A program made the translations under genes and the position numbers. A DNA stretch of 64,000 nucleotides from a virus, in the IMG/VR virus record IMGVR_UViG_3300015371_000011, positions 17,480-81,479 of that record. The stretch is one strand, 5' to 3'. Shown piece after piece: positions 20,249 to 29,562 of this stretch. How positions within the stretch are numbered: position 1 is the first letter of the stretch; every line of letters starts with the position of its first letter. A model generated the notes under the pieces. It did no database searches. It was not told where the DNA came from and was given only the letters and a program-made list of their open reading frames with translations.

Positions 20249-20895
20249 GCGAATTTTAGGACTTCTTGCGCCATGCGTTTGGCAGCTATCTCGCAATATT
20301 TCTCTTCTATCTCGATACCAATAGCCTTGCGGCCCAAGTCCTTAGCGGCTCGCAATGTGGTTCCGCTGCCCATGAAGGGGTCAAGAATGGTTTCATCCTG
20401 CTGACAATAATTCGTCAAACACCAATTCATCAATTTTAATGGCTTCTGCGTCGGATGGTCTCGTAGTGTCTCTTTGCCTAACAAACCATTCCATTCAATT
20501 GTTATTTTTTTTACAGACTTACGATTGAATGAAGTCCAAGCTAATTCACAATCGCCAAAAGTTGGCATGGTGTTTAATTTATCCCAACTAATCCAATGGG
20601 TAGAGCGTGGCAACAAATCAGCAAAAAAATTACCGCCCCAAATAATAGCGTTTGATGCCATGTCTAAAATCATCAAAAAAATCTCTTGGCTAGGCCGTTC
20701 TGCGTCCCACGCATCAATGTACTGGCGTCGCCTAATAGGCGTGCCAAAGCCGCCAAAGCCGTCAAAGCCGTGTGACATACTCACACCATACGGCGGATCA
20801 GTCAGCACTAAATCCACCGGCTCAAGCTGCAGCAGTATTTCTCTACAATCCCCATGAAATATCGTCACCGCATCGTCCTGGTAATAGGGTTTCAT
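20245..20895 (-). CDS. N6/N4 DNA methyltransferase
   Basis: TDPPYG, HPTQKP, DPFMGSGTT. Confidence 0.92.
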   Translation of the reverse strand: MKPYYQDDAVTIFHGDCREILLQLEPVDLVLTDPPYGVSMSHGFDGFGGFGTPIRRRQYIDAWDAERPSQEIFLMILDMASNAIIWGGNFFADLLPRSTHWISWDKLNTMPTFGDCELAWTSFNRKSVKKITIEWNGLLGKETLRDHPTQKPLKLMNWCLTNYCQQDETILDPFMGSGTTLRAAKDLGRKAIGIEIEEKYCEIAAKRMAQEVLKFA

Positions 20896-23876
20896 AGCAA
20901 TAATATCTGCCCCGACTTGCGCCCGTAGAGCACGACTTCACGCGCAAACTTCTTCTTATCGCCGCCGTAATGCCACGGCGTGGGTATGCGCCACATCTGG
21001 TTTTCAATCACAGTGTCGTCGTACAGAAGCCCGCCCGTCTCGTCGTAGAATCCCGCCAAGTCATCGGCTGCCCTGAAAAATGTGGCCTCCTCTGGCCCCC
21101 AGTAAACCTCGCCGTACTCAGGCATGAGCGCCGCTATCGGCTCGCCACGCTCAAGCACGCCGTCAAGAATCTTATTGTACTCGGCCATCTCGTTGCGCCA
21201 GAAAGCGCCGTTGCTGTACATAATCGCTTCGATGAATGTGCTCGGCATAATACCCTTGGTAAGCAAGTCCTGCAGGATAAAAATACCCAACTTTAGCCCG
21301 TGCAGCGCCATAAAAATCCATGAAAAAATATTCATGCGCCGCCACTTGACTATGTCCATACTGCTCGTCTCGACAACCAAATCCTCATACTCGGCCAGAT
21401 AACCATCGGCCCGTACCGTGCCGTGAATCTCGGCTAACTCTATACGCCGTGTGCGGATACCAAACTGCGCCTGATAGTCGGGCCGGCCCATCTCGGTATT
21501 AGGCAAGGCCATCAGCGGGTAGATAAACACCTGCCCACTCATGCCAGCCGCCACGATCTCGTCCAGCCCCTGCTTCCACGTCTCGTATGTCTCACCCGGC
21601 AGCCCGACAATAAATTCGCTATATGTCGGCACGCCTTCGGCGTTGAAACGCTCCTGCAGCTTCTCGTAGGTAGACATTTTGATATTGCTGCGCTTGATAT
21701 TCTGCAGCACCGTGGCGTTGTTGCTTTGGCGTGCGAGCGTGACGCTTTTAGACATGCCTGCGTCGGCTAGCATCTTGCCTACGGCGTAAACCTTGTCGTC
21801 GGTGTTCTTGCCGTAATTGACGCGAAACCGCTGCGGATAGCCGTATTTCTCTTTGGTGGCTATCAGGTACTCGGCTATTTCACGGTCGCGTGCGAGCATG
21901 CCAAAATTCGACGCGCTCCCAAGTGCATACGGGATTTTATTACGCCCCAACCATTCAATCTCCGCAAATACTCGGTCTAGTCCATAGTAGCTCATCTTGT
22001 GTTGCCCAAGTCCATATTCGCAGAATGAACAATTTTCACAGAGCAACCCGTTAGCAAAAAAATTATGATTCGGCGTAGCTTCAACAATATCATAAACTCG
22101 CCGATGCTCGCTTGGCGAAATCTCTTCTACTGCACACCAAGAAACCTTTGCAGTCGTTGCACCATCGCTTCGTTCAACTTGTCGTCGTTCCAAATCACAA
22201 AAATCTCCCAACCGAAATATTGATAATCTGCCGCTTCCATTTCCACGTCCTTTTCCTCTTGGTGCCAATAACGACCATGAGCGAGAATCGCTTTTCTTAC
22301 TCCCTTTTTGCAGTGGATAAAATCTGGATTGCGACAACCTCCCGATACTCCCGGCCCCAACCAAAATGTCCTGTCGCCAGTATATTTGAATGGCAGTTGA
22401 TACTGTTGAAAAAATTTTATCAGCTTGCTCTCGAAACCATTCGGCGGCTCGCCAGCCTTTAAAAAATGAGCGGCATGCCATTGCGGATCGTTCCAATATT
22501 GCCGCATCTTTTGCTTCCACGATTCGATCATTTGCTTGTGCTTGATTGGATCTAACCGTCGCATCGGATTGTTGTCGCCAGTTTGCCATGCGTAACCGAG
22601 CCTCTTGCTTGTTTCCACCCCTTTCCTCGCATGTGCTAGTCGTTGTTCTCGACTCATTCGCCGCATTGGACTGTTGTCGCCAGTGAATTTCAGGTAGTGC
22701 CCCATTGCTCGTTGCGTTGCTACCACCTTCGCTACGTGTTCTGGCGATTTCTTTATTCCCTTGTTCATACCCGGATGTCTGTAGAGACCCGCTGCTGCTG
22801 CCCTCTTTATCCCCTCTATTCGCCGCTCTTCGCCTCCGCTTTGCTTCCGACTTGCTGCAGCTTTGATTCCCCGGAGTCTTTGCACTTCCAACGGAGTCGT
22901 TAATACTCTCTGTCTCAAGTGCGGCAGATAGCACCCCATCGAACAATACATCCTCTCTTTTGGCCGATGATCTATCGACGTTCCACAACCCTTGCAAAAT
23001 CTTGTCGCCGACTTTAAGGTCGCCTGCTGTAACCCATCCCCTGTCGGTGTAAAAAGGATGATCTCTAGTTGCTCCAATTTCAGAACCTCCCGCTACTATC
23101 TTGATGGTTTCCTTAATGCCGCTACAAATCGAAAATGCGACTCTATTCCACGCAAGGCATTCGTCTTTCTCATTCCAACCTAAAATATAATCACCGGACT
23201 GCACTGCTTCTATATTTTTTTGCCCTGTTTGAGTAACTACCACCGTTCCTTCCGCGAGACACATAAATGGGCATCCGCGATCCTGCTCCAAGACGTAGCT
23301 ATACTCTATTGGCTCTGGATGCTGCTCCAATAACCCGTCAAATAAGCCGGTCAACGCGGGCGACGGCAATTCATTCAACTCTTTCTGAAACGGATAATCC
23401 TGAGCGCAGTAGTGCACATCATTGTCTCGATACGTTATCTGCGGGATACCTTCAAAGTCCGTGCTGTGAGTTTCCGCCCAACGCTTTAATACGGCAGTAA
23501 ACGCCTGCTCACCCGCGCGTCTGACAGCTACGTCGATAAATGGATGCTTGGATAAATACTCAATGGCGTTATCGGGCACCTGCAATCCACCAAACACAAT
23601 CAGGCACTCAGGCCAACGGCGTTTCACTTCGGCGGCTACTGCCAGGTTTAATTGCTCATTCCACACCGCCACAGAGAAAGCCGCCACGTCCACACGGTTG
23701 TCATAGTGCTTGAGAATATTGGCCGGCTTATCCACGCAGTAAAGAAAATCGCCAAACTCGTAATTGGCCTTGATGTCGTCATTCTGCTCGGCATAGGCGC
23801 GCAGCAATCCCGTAGCCAGCGGCAAGTAGCAGTTGCGGCCGAGCCTGATGTTATATTCGTTTAGGACTACGCGCAT
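20892..23876 (-). CDS. B12-binding radical SAM enzyme with intein
   Basis: YLPLATG, FSVAVWN, FGG..VP; RGCPFM|CSFC after splicing; NFGMLARD, GLPGET. Confidence 0.9.
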   Translation of the reverse strand: MRVVLNEYNIRLGRNCYLPLATGLLRAYAEQNDDIKANYEFGDFLYCVDKPANILKHYDNRVDVAAFSVAVWNEQLNLAVAAEVKRRWPECLIVFGGLQVPDNAIEYLSKHPFIDVAVRRAGEQAFTAVLKRWAETHSTDFEGIPQITYRDNDVHYCAQDYPFQKELNELPSPALTGLFDGLLEQHPEPIEYSYVLEQDRGCPFMCLAEGTVVVTQTGQKNIEAVQSGDYILGWNEKDECLAWNRVAFSICSGIKETIKIVAGGSEIGATRDHPFYTDRGWVTAGDLKVGDKILQGLWNVDRSSAKREDVLFDGVLSAALETESINDSVGSAKTPGNQSCSKSEAKRRRRAANRGDKEGSSSGSLQTSGYEQGNKEIARTRSEGGSNATSNGALPEIHWRQQSNAANESRTTTSTCEERGGNKQEARLRMANWRQQSDATVRSNQAQANDRIVEAKDAAILERSAMACRSFFKGWRAAEWFREQADKIFSTVSTAIQIYWRQDILVGAGSIGRLSQSRFYPLQKGSKKSDSRSWSLLAPRGKGRGNGSGRLSIFRLGDFCDLERRQVERSDGATTAKVSWCAVEEISPSEHRRVYDIVEATPNHNFFANGLLCENCSFCEYGLGQHKMSYYGLDRVFAEIEWLGRNKIPYALGSASNFGMLARDREIAEYLIATKEKYGYPQRFRVNYGKNTDDKVYAVGKMLADAGMSKSVTLARQSNNATVLQNIKRSNIKMSTYEKLQERFNAEGVPTYSEFIVGLPGETYETWKQGLDEIVAAGMSGQVFIYPLMALPNTEMGRPDYQAQFGIRTRRIELAEIHGTVRADGYLAEYEDLVVETSSMDIVKWRRMNIFSWIFMALHGLKLGIFILQDLLTKGIMPSTFIEAIMYSNGAFWRNEMAEYNKILDGVLERGEPIAALMPEYGEVYWGPEEATFFRAADDLAGFYDETGGLLYDDTVIENQMWRIPTPWHYGGDKKKFAREVVLYGRKSGQILLL
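22032..23261 (-). mobile_element. 410-aa intein inserted in the radical SAM CxxxCxxC motif
   Basis: starts CLAEGTVV, block B ATRDHPF, DLKVGD, ends VYDIVEATPNHNFFANGLLCEN followed by +1 Cys. Confidence 0.9.
22127..23077 (-). CDS. nested +1-frame endonuclease (Zn finger + NUMOD3-like repeats + Vsr/DUF559-like nuclease)
   Basis: CKGC...YCSMGC; NKGIKKSPEHVAK, GDNSPM, GDNNPM; PNGFE...PDF...HGRYWH...GWEIFVIW; GGAGGT (23085-23090) 7 nt before TTG start. Confidence 0.85.
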   Translation of the reverse strand: MEQLEIILFTPTGDGLQQATLKSATRFCKGCGTSIDHRPKERMYCSMGCYLPHLRQRVLTTPLEVQRLRGIKAAASRKQSGGEERRIEGIKRAAAAGLYRHPGMNKGIKKSPEHVAKVVATQRAMGHYLKFTGDNSPMRRMSREQRLAHARKGVETSKRLGYAWQTGDNNPMRRLDPIKHKQMIESWKQKMRQYWNDPQWHAAHFLKAGEPPNGFESKLIKFFQQYQLPFKYTGDRTFWLGPGVSGGCRNPDFIHCKKGVRKAILAHGRYWHQEEKDVEMEAADYQYFGWEIFVIWNDDKLNEAMVQRLQRFLGVQ

Positions 23877-25372
23877 GACGACACACCCGTTATCATTGCA
23901 TCCATCTGTACTCGCACAATCCGCGACACAGGCTTGACCGCCTTCTTCAGCACTTCGAAAATATACCGCATGTGCTCTTCGTTAAGCCCAGGATGCACGC
24001 CAACGAAAAAGCCGCCATGCATGATTCTGTCCGTATTTGCCAAGGTGCCGTGCACACGGTGCGTAATGCCGCTAAACGCGGGTTGGCGTAGCAGGTTGCC
24101 CGCGAATATCGGCCGCGTCTCAATCTTAGCGGCCTCTAACGCCGCTATGATTTCACGCGTAGGCACGCCGCTGTTATTGATTAGCGGGTAAGCATACGGC
24201 GACGGGTCGGCGCGTGAATCCCACTTTGACAATATGAAATAGTCAGCCAACTCGGCGCGGCACATGGCGTGCAGCGTGTTGAAGTTTTCTTGCCGCTTGC
24301 CGATGATCGTGCCTAGTTTATCAAACTGAGCACACAGCACCGCCGCCTGCATATCGGTTGCCTGCATATTGTAGCCGATATTTGAATACTGATATTTGTG
24401 ATCGGTCCCTGGCGGCAATCCTGGCGTGTCCCATTCAAACCGCTTGCCGCAGGTATTTTCTTTGCCTGGCGCGCAGTAGCACGACCGACCCCATTGCGAG
24501 ATTGAGCGTGCTGCTATTTTCAATTTAGGGTTATTGACGATGACGCTGCCCGCCTCGCCGCAAGTCGTATGGTGCGCAGGGTAGTGGCTCAGAGATGCCA
24601 TGTCGCCGAAGGTGCCAGTCAGCATGCCGTCAAACCTAGAGCCTAGCGCATCGCAATTGTCCTCTAAGAACAACAAGCCATTCTTGGCACAGAAATATTT
24701 CACCGCGGCGCAATCAAACGGCAGGCCCATCGGGTGCGGTAGCATGACGGCGCGCGTCCTTGGCCCAACTGCACTAACAATGTCCGTGAATGTCGGGTTA
24801 TAGGTGCCAAGACCCACGTCCACGAATACAGGCACAAGCCGATTTTGAATAATCGGCGCTAGCGTAGTCGGGAATCCCGCCGCCACGGTTATAACTTCAT
24901 CGCCATCCTGCAGCGGCCTAAGTCCGTATTGCGCAATGTCCTTGCTGCATACCGTGGCAAGCATGAGCAGGTTGGCCGATGAGCCGCTATTGACGAGCAA
25001 GACGTCGCGCGCGCCAAAATACTTGATCATGGACGTCTCGAATTGCTCCGTCCACTTGCCCGCCGTCATCCATTGCGACAATGCCACGTCTATCAGGTTG
25101 AGCGTTTCCTGTTCGTCAAAGAAATGCTTGCTGTAGTGGATCTTTGTCTGGCCTGGGATGAAGTCCTGCGGCGTGTGCAACGCCTGCACGAATTTCTTAG
25201 CCAAGTCCCAGATCAACTCAACGGTGGCGTCCATTATCGCCGCCCGCCCATGACCTTGCTCATTTACCAACCTCATTGAGCCATTCGGTCGCTTTTTCGA
25301 GCACGGTGAGGAATCCACCTTCATAAACTCGGTCGCCATATTTAACGGTGCAGGACGGTGATAGATCAGCAA
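23867..25372 (-). CDS. rfbH: CDP-4-keto-6-deoxyglucose 3-dehydrase (RfbH/DdhC); probable start 25234
   Basis: NSGSSANL, EDNCDALGS, SHYPAHHTTCGEAG (His at the usual Lys position), 2Fe-2S motif WGRSCYC...NTC, DHKY, GYN. Confidence 0.92.
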   Translation of the reverse strand: MLIYHRPAPLNMATEFMKVDSSPCSKKRPNGSMRLVNEQGHGRAAIMDATVELIWDLAKKFVQALHTPQDFIPGQTKIHYSKHFFDEQETLNLIDVALSQWMTAGKWTEQFETSMIKYFGARDVLLVNSGSSANLLMLATVCSKDIAQYGLRPLQDGDEVITVAAGFPTTLAPIIQNRLVPVFVDVGLGTYNPTFTDIVSAVGPRTRAVMLPHPMGLPFDCAAVKYFCAKNGLLFLEDNCDALGSRFDGMLTGTFGDMASLSHYPAHHTTCGEAGSVIVNNPKLKIAARSISQWGRSCYCAPGKENTCGKRFEWDTPGLPPGTDHKYQYSNIGYNMQATDMQAAVLCAQFDKLGTIIGKRQENFNTLHAMCRAELADYFILSKWDSRADPSPYAYPLINNSGVPTREIIAALEAAKIETRPIFAGNLLRQPAFSGITHRVHGTLANTDRIMHGGFFVGVHPGLNEEHMRYIFEVLKKAVKPVSRIVRVQMDAMITGVSSCA

Positions 25373-25502
25373 ATGTGCGCACCGTTATATTCACCGCTAA
25401 CGGCCATTTATAACCCTTACCCGAAAGTGCGCTGTCAGATTGCCGTGTCGTCACAACACATAGCGCCGCCAAGAATTCATCGACAACCTTACTCATTTTC
25501 AA
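25260..25502 (-). CDS. hypothetical protein
   Basis: 80 aa between epimerase and rfbH. Confidence 0.45.
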   Translation of the reverse strand: MKMSKVVDEFLAALCVVTTRQSDSALSGKGYKWPLAVNITVRTFADLSPSCTVKYGDRVYEGGFLTVLEKATEWLNEVGK

Positions 25503-26530
25503 TCCTTCTCATTACAATAATACTCGTACGTCCGTCGCAGCCCATCATCCAGCGACACGGCTGGCGGCGGCGCTAACTTCAATATCTTGCTGGTATCGGG
25601 CCGCCTGCGGCTCGGCGCATCGCTTAACCGCTCCTGATTGTCCACATGCTTCATTTCGAGTTTCGGGAATAGCGCCTGCGCCGTCCAGCCAAAGGCGTTG
25701 ATCGACACCTCGCTATTGCCGTCGCCCACGTTATAGGCTTCACCATTCTCACCGTCGAGCAGCACGGCCATGAATTGCAGCACGGCATCGCTGATATAAA
25801 CGAATGAGCGCGTAGCACGGCCGTCGCCGTAAATGGTTAGCGGCGTCTCCGTCATTAGCGCCTGCATGAGCTGAGGCACTAGGCGACCATCGTCTACGGC
25901 TTCGCCCGGCCCGTAGATATTAAACGGTCGCACCACCTTTACGGGCACGCCATGCATCTTGTGGTAAATCTGGCATAGTGTCTCGCTTAACCGCTTGCTT
26001 TCGTCATACGGGCTTGATGGCCCCGTAAACGAGCAATTGCCCCAATACGTTTCTGGCGTGGGTATAAACAGCGCAAACGGATCGCCGTAAACCTGCACGC
26101 TTGAAAAATGCAGCACCGCCTTGGAGCGTGACTCCAGCGCCAACCCCAGAATCACCTTAGTCAAGTCCACGTTAGCTTCAATCGTCTCTAACGGCTTTTC
26201 TAAGTACATTTTGGCCGACGCTATGGACGCTAGGTGAATGTAATAATCGGCCCCCGCCGCGCCCATATAGGCCAGCGGCGCCTCACACTGGAGCAGCTTG
26301 ACGTCCGTACCCCGCACGACGCGACTAGGGGCAATCATCGTGTCATAGCCCGTAACCTTGACGGACTTCTTGAAATATGTCTCGTTGGCGTAGGCAACCA
26401 GGCCCATCAGGTAGCTGCCGACAAACCCCGCGGCGCCAGTAATAAATACCTTGGCCCCCGCTAAATCCTTGAAAGTAGGCGTGATGGCATCGAGGATGCT
26501 GTCATAGTCGGATTGTAAGACGGGATTCAT
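25499..26530 (-). CDS. NAD-dependent epimerase/dehydratase, UDP-glucuronate decarboxylase-like
   Basis: TGAAGFVG, HLASIAS, PTPETYWGN..GP..YDESKR.SET, FNIYGP, YGDGRATRSF. Confidence 0.85.
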   Translation of the reverse strand: MNPVLQSDYDSILDAITPTFKDLAGAKVFITGAAGFVGSYLMGLVAYANETYFKKSVKVTGYDTMIAPSRVVRGTDVKLLQCEAPLAYMGAAGADYYIHLASIASAKMYLEKPLETIEANVDLTKVILGLALESRSKAVLHFSSVQVYGDPFALFIPTPETYWGNCSFTGPSSPYDESKRLSETLCQIYHKMHGVPVKVVRPFNIYGPGEAVDDGRLVPQLMQALMTETPLTIYGDGRATRSFVYISDAVLQFMAVLLDGENGEAYNVGDGNSEVSINAFGWTAQALFPKLEMKHVDNQERLSDAPSRRRPDTSKILKLAPPPAVSLDDGLRRTYEYYCNEKD

Positions 26531-26637
26531 TCACCATCCAAATATAACTGAAAACACCGCAGACCAGACCACAGCTATAATAAATGCCAAAATCAACCAT
26601 CTCATGTCTTTATCACGCTTCAGCTTGCTTGTGTGAC

Positions 26638-27018
26638 TTATTTTAGGGCTGTTTTGCCCTCTCTGGCTGGACGAGTCATAATCGCCCACAGCATGTCAAA
26701 GTTGGATGGCCTGATGGTAAACACGTAAACCTCAGCATCGGTGTAGTGAAACACCTTGCGCCACGCGTGCAGCCATTCATGCTGTTTTTCGCTCACTTTG
26801 CCCTTTTCGCTTTTAAGCTCGCACACTATCATCCTGTGCTTTTCTGGATGGATCATTACGCAATCGGGGAAACCTTCAGGCGAGCGGTAAGCGTTAAAGG
26901 TGTGGTAATACAAGTAACCGTTTAGCAACGCGGCTTGACGCACCTTCTCCTGCAATAGCTTCTCGGTAATAACGGGCATGCCGTCCTTGCCAACGGCTCT
27001 AGCCCTATAATTTCTCAT
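26638..27018 (-). CDS. VRR-NUC domain nuclease
   Basis: GFPDC...ELKSEKGKVSEKQHEW. Confidence 0.85.
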   Translation of the reverse strand: MRNYRARAVGKDGMPVITEKLLQEKVRQAALLNGYLYYHTFNAYRSPEGFPDCVMIHPEKHRMIVCELKSEKGKVSEKQHEWLHAWRKVFHYTDAEVYVFTIRPSNFDMLWAIMTRPAREGKTALK

Positions 27019-27214
27019 TGCGTGCGTCCTGGGGCATTTCTACGGGGTTTAAACGGCATTCTGGGCGGGATCGCCAATGCAGGTTGTGACACTGGCAGCA
27101 TATGTAGCAATCCGAGGTGCCCGTCCCGACCGACAACTCGCGACAGTCGGCGCACTCGGCGTGCCTAGCCTTGCACGTTTTCTTGACTGGCATAGGCTCC
27201 TGACGCTTGATCAT
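27005..27214 (-). CDS. small Cys-rich protein
   Basis: multiple CxxC. Confidence 0.4.
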   Translation of the reverse strand: MIKRQEPMPVKKTCKARHAECADCRELSVGTGTSDCYICCQCHNLHWRSRPECRLNPVEMPQDARNEKL

Positions 27215-27334
27215 GCCTTTTCTCTATACAAAGCGCACACCTGCGCCCAGTGTCGCTCGTACTCATCCATTGTCATCTTGCCTTCATACACGGCCAGCAC
27301 CAGCCGCATGCCTTCGCGCTGAAGCTCGCGGTTT

Positions 27335-27664
27335 CTAACGATTTTGCCGTGTGTCCTTTCGTATTTCTCGTCCGCCAAACGTAGATCTTGCAAACTCGGC
27401 TTCGGCTTCTTTTCTGGCGTTGTGCTCGGCTTCCGACGTGCGGGCATTGCTCCTTGCCTCCACTTTGTCCAGTATTCTGTCCAGGTAGGGCCACCAGTCA
27501 TTTGACACCTCGCGGGCCAATGGCTCAAACGCTTTTAGCGTGGCCACTATGATTTCAGGTTTGTAAGTGCGCTCGGCGGCAGTTATCCACCTAACAAGCC
27601 GTCGAAATTTCGCCTTATCTATGGCGTAGATACGATCACTGACAATTTTTATTGCGGGATTCAT
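27335..27664 (-). CDS. hypothetical protein (possible DnaD-like C-terminal domain)
   Basis: WPYLDRIL resembles the YI..IL motif; weak. Confidence 0.4.
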   Translation of the reverse strand: MNPAIKIVSDRIYAIDKAKFRRLVRWITAAERTYKPEIIVATLKAFEPLAREVSNDWWPYLDRILDKVEARSNARTSEAEHNARKEAEAEFARSTFGGREIRKDTRQNR

Positions 27665-27674
27665 AAGATTTAAC

Positions 27675-27877
27675 TTGACACGTCATTTTTGGATGACATA
27701 TATAAATGCTTCAATAACCCGCCACTGTTAAAGGGTGACTCTCCGAAATACCTTTCGTAAGAAAGGTGCAACCTTCTTAGGTTGCGGCGCTTCGCCGATC
27801 TTAATTTCAACGTAAGCATTATAAGTTTCTTCTCATGTCTGCCGCCTCATGTTTAGAAGCGGCAGAGTGAAAAGAAA
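27675..27877. other. hairpin-dense intergenic region (candidate ncRNA, origin or terminator)
   Basis: ACCTTTC-GTAA-GAAAGGT, GCAACC-TTCTTA-GGTTGC and GGCG-CTT-CGCC back to back, then TCTGCCGC/GCGGCAGA; TTGACA at 27675 with a GTCAT/ATGAC palindrome. Confidence 0.5.
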
Positions 27878-27884
27878 TTCCCAT

Positions 27885-28484
27885 TTACCCGACAGCTTCC
27901 TCTTTCAAACCCACTAGCACGCGTTTTGCTTTACGCGCTAGATATGCAAAATCGTCGGCAAGCTCCTCCATCCTAGCCCTGTGTTTTACTGAGCGCTCAT
28001 TATTCGCACAAGCAGTCCATGCCGCCGAGCTGTTTTGCGATTGCTGTAAAACACGCTGTACGGTTGATACACTACCGTTGCGAGCATTATCACGATTCTC
28101 GCTCGTGAGAACATAACTGCCATCTTTCTCTGTGGTCACAGCGAAAAACCGATGGCTGTCCTCGGCTCCGGGCCGCCCCGTTTTCACCAACGGGACGGTC
28201 CAGCCATACTCCGCGCAATGCTTCCGCAAGTGGTACAAAGCCTGAACGACACTGGCAACGCTCACGTTCTTGTTCTCATGGCGCACCTTGCGGAGCAATT
28301 TGGTTATGTCCACAGTAGTCCGACACCCGCCATTATCGACAAGCACGTCAAACAAGTCATCAAGAAGAATGTCCACTCTGGGGCGTTTCTTTGATGGCTT
28401 CTCGAATGAAATTACCTTACCCATGATTTTTTTCCCTCCTTCCTTATCGCACAACCGACAAGCGGTCGCGTTTCTTGGTTCCAC
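27885..28484 (-). CDS. hypothetical protein
   Basis: 199-aa ORF. Confidence 0.6.
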   Translation of the reverse strand: MEPRNATACRLCDKEGGKKIMGKVISFEKPSKKRPRVDILLDDLFDVLVDNGGCRTTVDITKLLRKVRHENKNVSVASVVQALYHLRKHCAEYGWTVPLVKTGRPGAEDSHRFFAVTTEKDGSYVLTSENRDNARNGSVSTVQRVLQQSQNSSAAWTACANNERSVKHRARMEELADDFAYLARKAKRVLVGLKEEAVG

Positions 28485-29307
28485 CGGCTATCTCGATTGC
28501 TTCGTGAACCGCGTTGGAAACCTCCAGTAAATCCTCTGTCACGGAATCTAACGTCTTTTCGGACATTAGATGGCGGTGCGTCTTTAACTCCTTAAGACAC
28601 TTCTGCATTTGAGAATTTGCATCAGCGGCATAGGCGGCTACTTGGAGACCGACAACCAACGAATCCGCCTCATCATCATTCGGGACTTCTCGCTTCTTTG
28701 GCGGCACTCGTTTTATGACTGCTTCAGCCTCTGTTCTTTGTTCGCGGGCTTCTTCGAGCGCCTTTTCCGCCGCCTTGCGCGAGCGTTCATCTTCGGCATC
28801 CTTGAGCCTCATCTTGGCTTCGCGTTCCTTTGCAGCGGCTTTCTCCATATCAACGCGAGCACGCGCTTGTGCTTTTTCACGCTCGATTTCCTGTTCGCGT
28901 CGGAATTGACTCATAAAGTCTTCGGCCCAAATCTGCGAGAACGATTTGCCTTTAGCTGCCTTCAGCATCGTGGCAAGCATTTCTGGAGTACGAGCTACTT
29001 TATGGACGCCCCACGCTACGGACTTGCCCCGCGTTCGCGGGGGAAAATTGTAAGCAATTTTACGCAGTTCCGCTAAGTGACCTGTTGAATACTCCTGCCC
29101 ATTCTCAAACAAATATTCAGCCGCCCGTTCAATTTCCGCGTAACTCCCGTCTTTAACTTCCGATGGGTCTCCGACTTCGGCAAGCAACGCATCGCCGATT
29201 TCCCACTGTGACCCGTCCCGCCTTTGCGCTGCCGCAAGTGTACGGGGAAACGTCTTTCTTGTAGTCATTGCAATCCTCCTATAATTGAATTTAAGGTCCG
29301 GCTTCAT
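28444..29307 (-). CDS. coiled-coil hypothetical protein
   Basis: 287 aa, SQWEIGDALL N-terminus and charged helix. Confidence 0.65.
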   Translation of the reverse strand: MKPDLKFNYRRIAMTTRKTFPRTLAAAQRRDGSQWEIGDALLAEVGDPSEVKDGSYAEIERAAEYLFENGQEYSTGHLAELRKIAYNFPPRTRGKSVAWGVHKVARTPEMLATMLKAAKGKSFSQIWAEDFMSQFRREQEIEREKAQARARVDMEKAAAKEREAKMRLKDAEDERSRKAAEKALEEAREQRTEAEAVIKRVPPKKREVPNDDEADSLVVGLQVAAYAADANSQMQKCLKELKTHRHLMSEKTLDSVTEDLLEVSNAVHEAIEIAGGTKKRDRLSVVR

Positions 29308-29525
29308 TCCGGGTTAGGCTTTGACGTCAAATGCCACCATCCACAATTCGGACACTGATAAACTTGTTGCTCACGCCGATAGAAATTCCCTAATTCCCGA
29401 CCTTTCATTGCCTCTCGAAGTCTGTCTCGTGCCGCACGCTGGGAAAACTTGACTTTGCGGCATGGCTCATTTCTAACCGTCAATCCGTCGGGAAATCTCA
29501 GTGGGTTGAAAATCATTGGTTCCAT
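29304..29525 (-). CDS. small Zn-ribbon protein
   Basis: YQCPNCGWWHLTS. Confidence 0.6.
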   Translation of the reverse strand: MEPMIFNPLRFPDGLTVRNEPCRKVKFSQRAARDRLREAMKGRELGNFYRREQQVYQCPNCGWWHLTSKPNPE

Positions 29526-29562
29526 ATCTGTAACCTAGTGCTGCCACGTAAAACAAATTTTT

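Noticed and set aside
9901-26530. Host O-antigen locus flanking a prophage
   Set aside because: The sugar genes overlap and alternate with typical phage genes and lie between the early genes and terS; there are no wzx/wzy/ABC export genes
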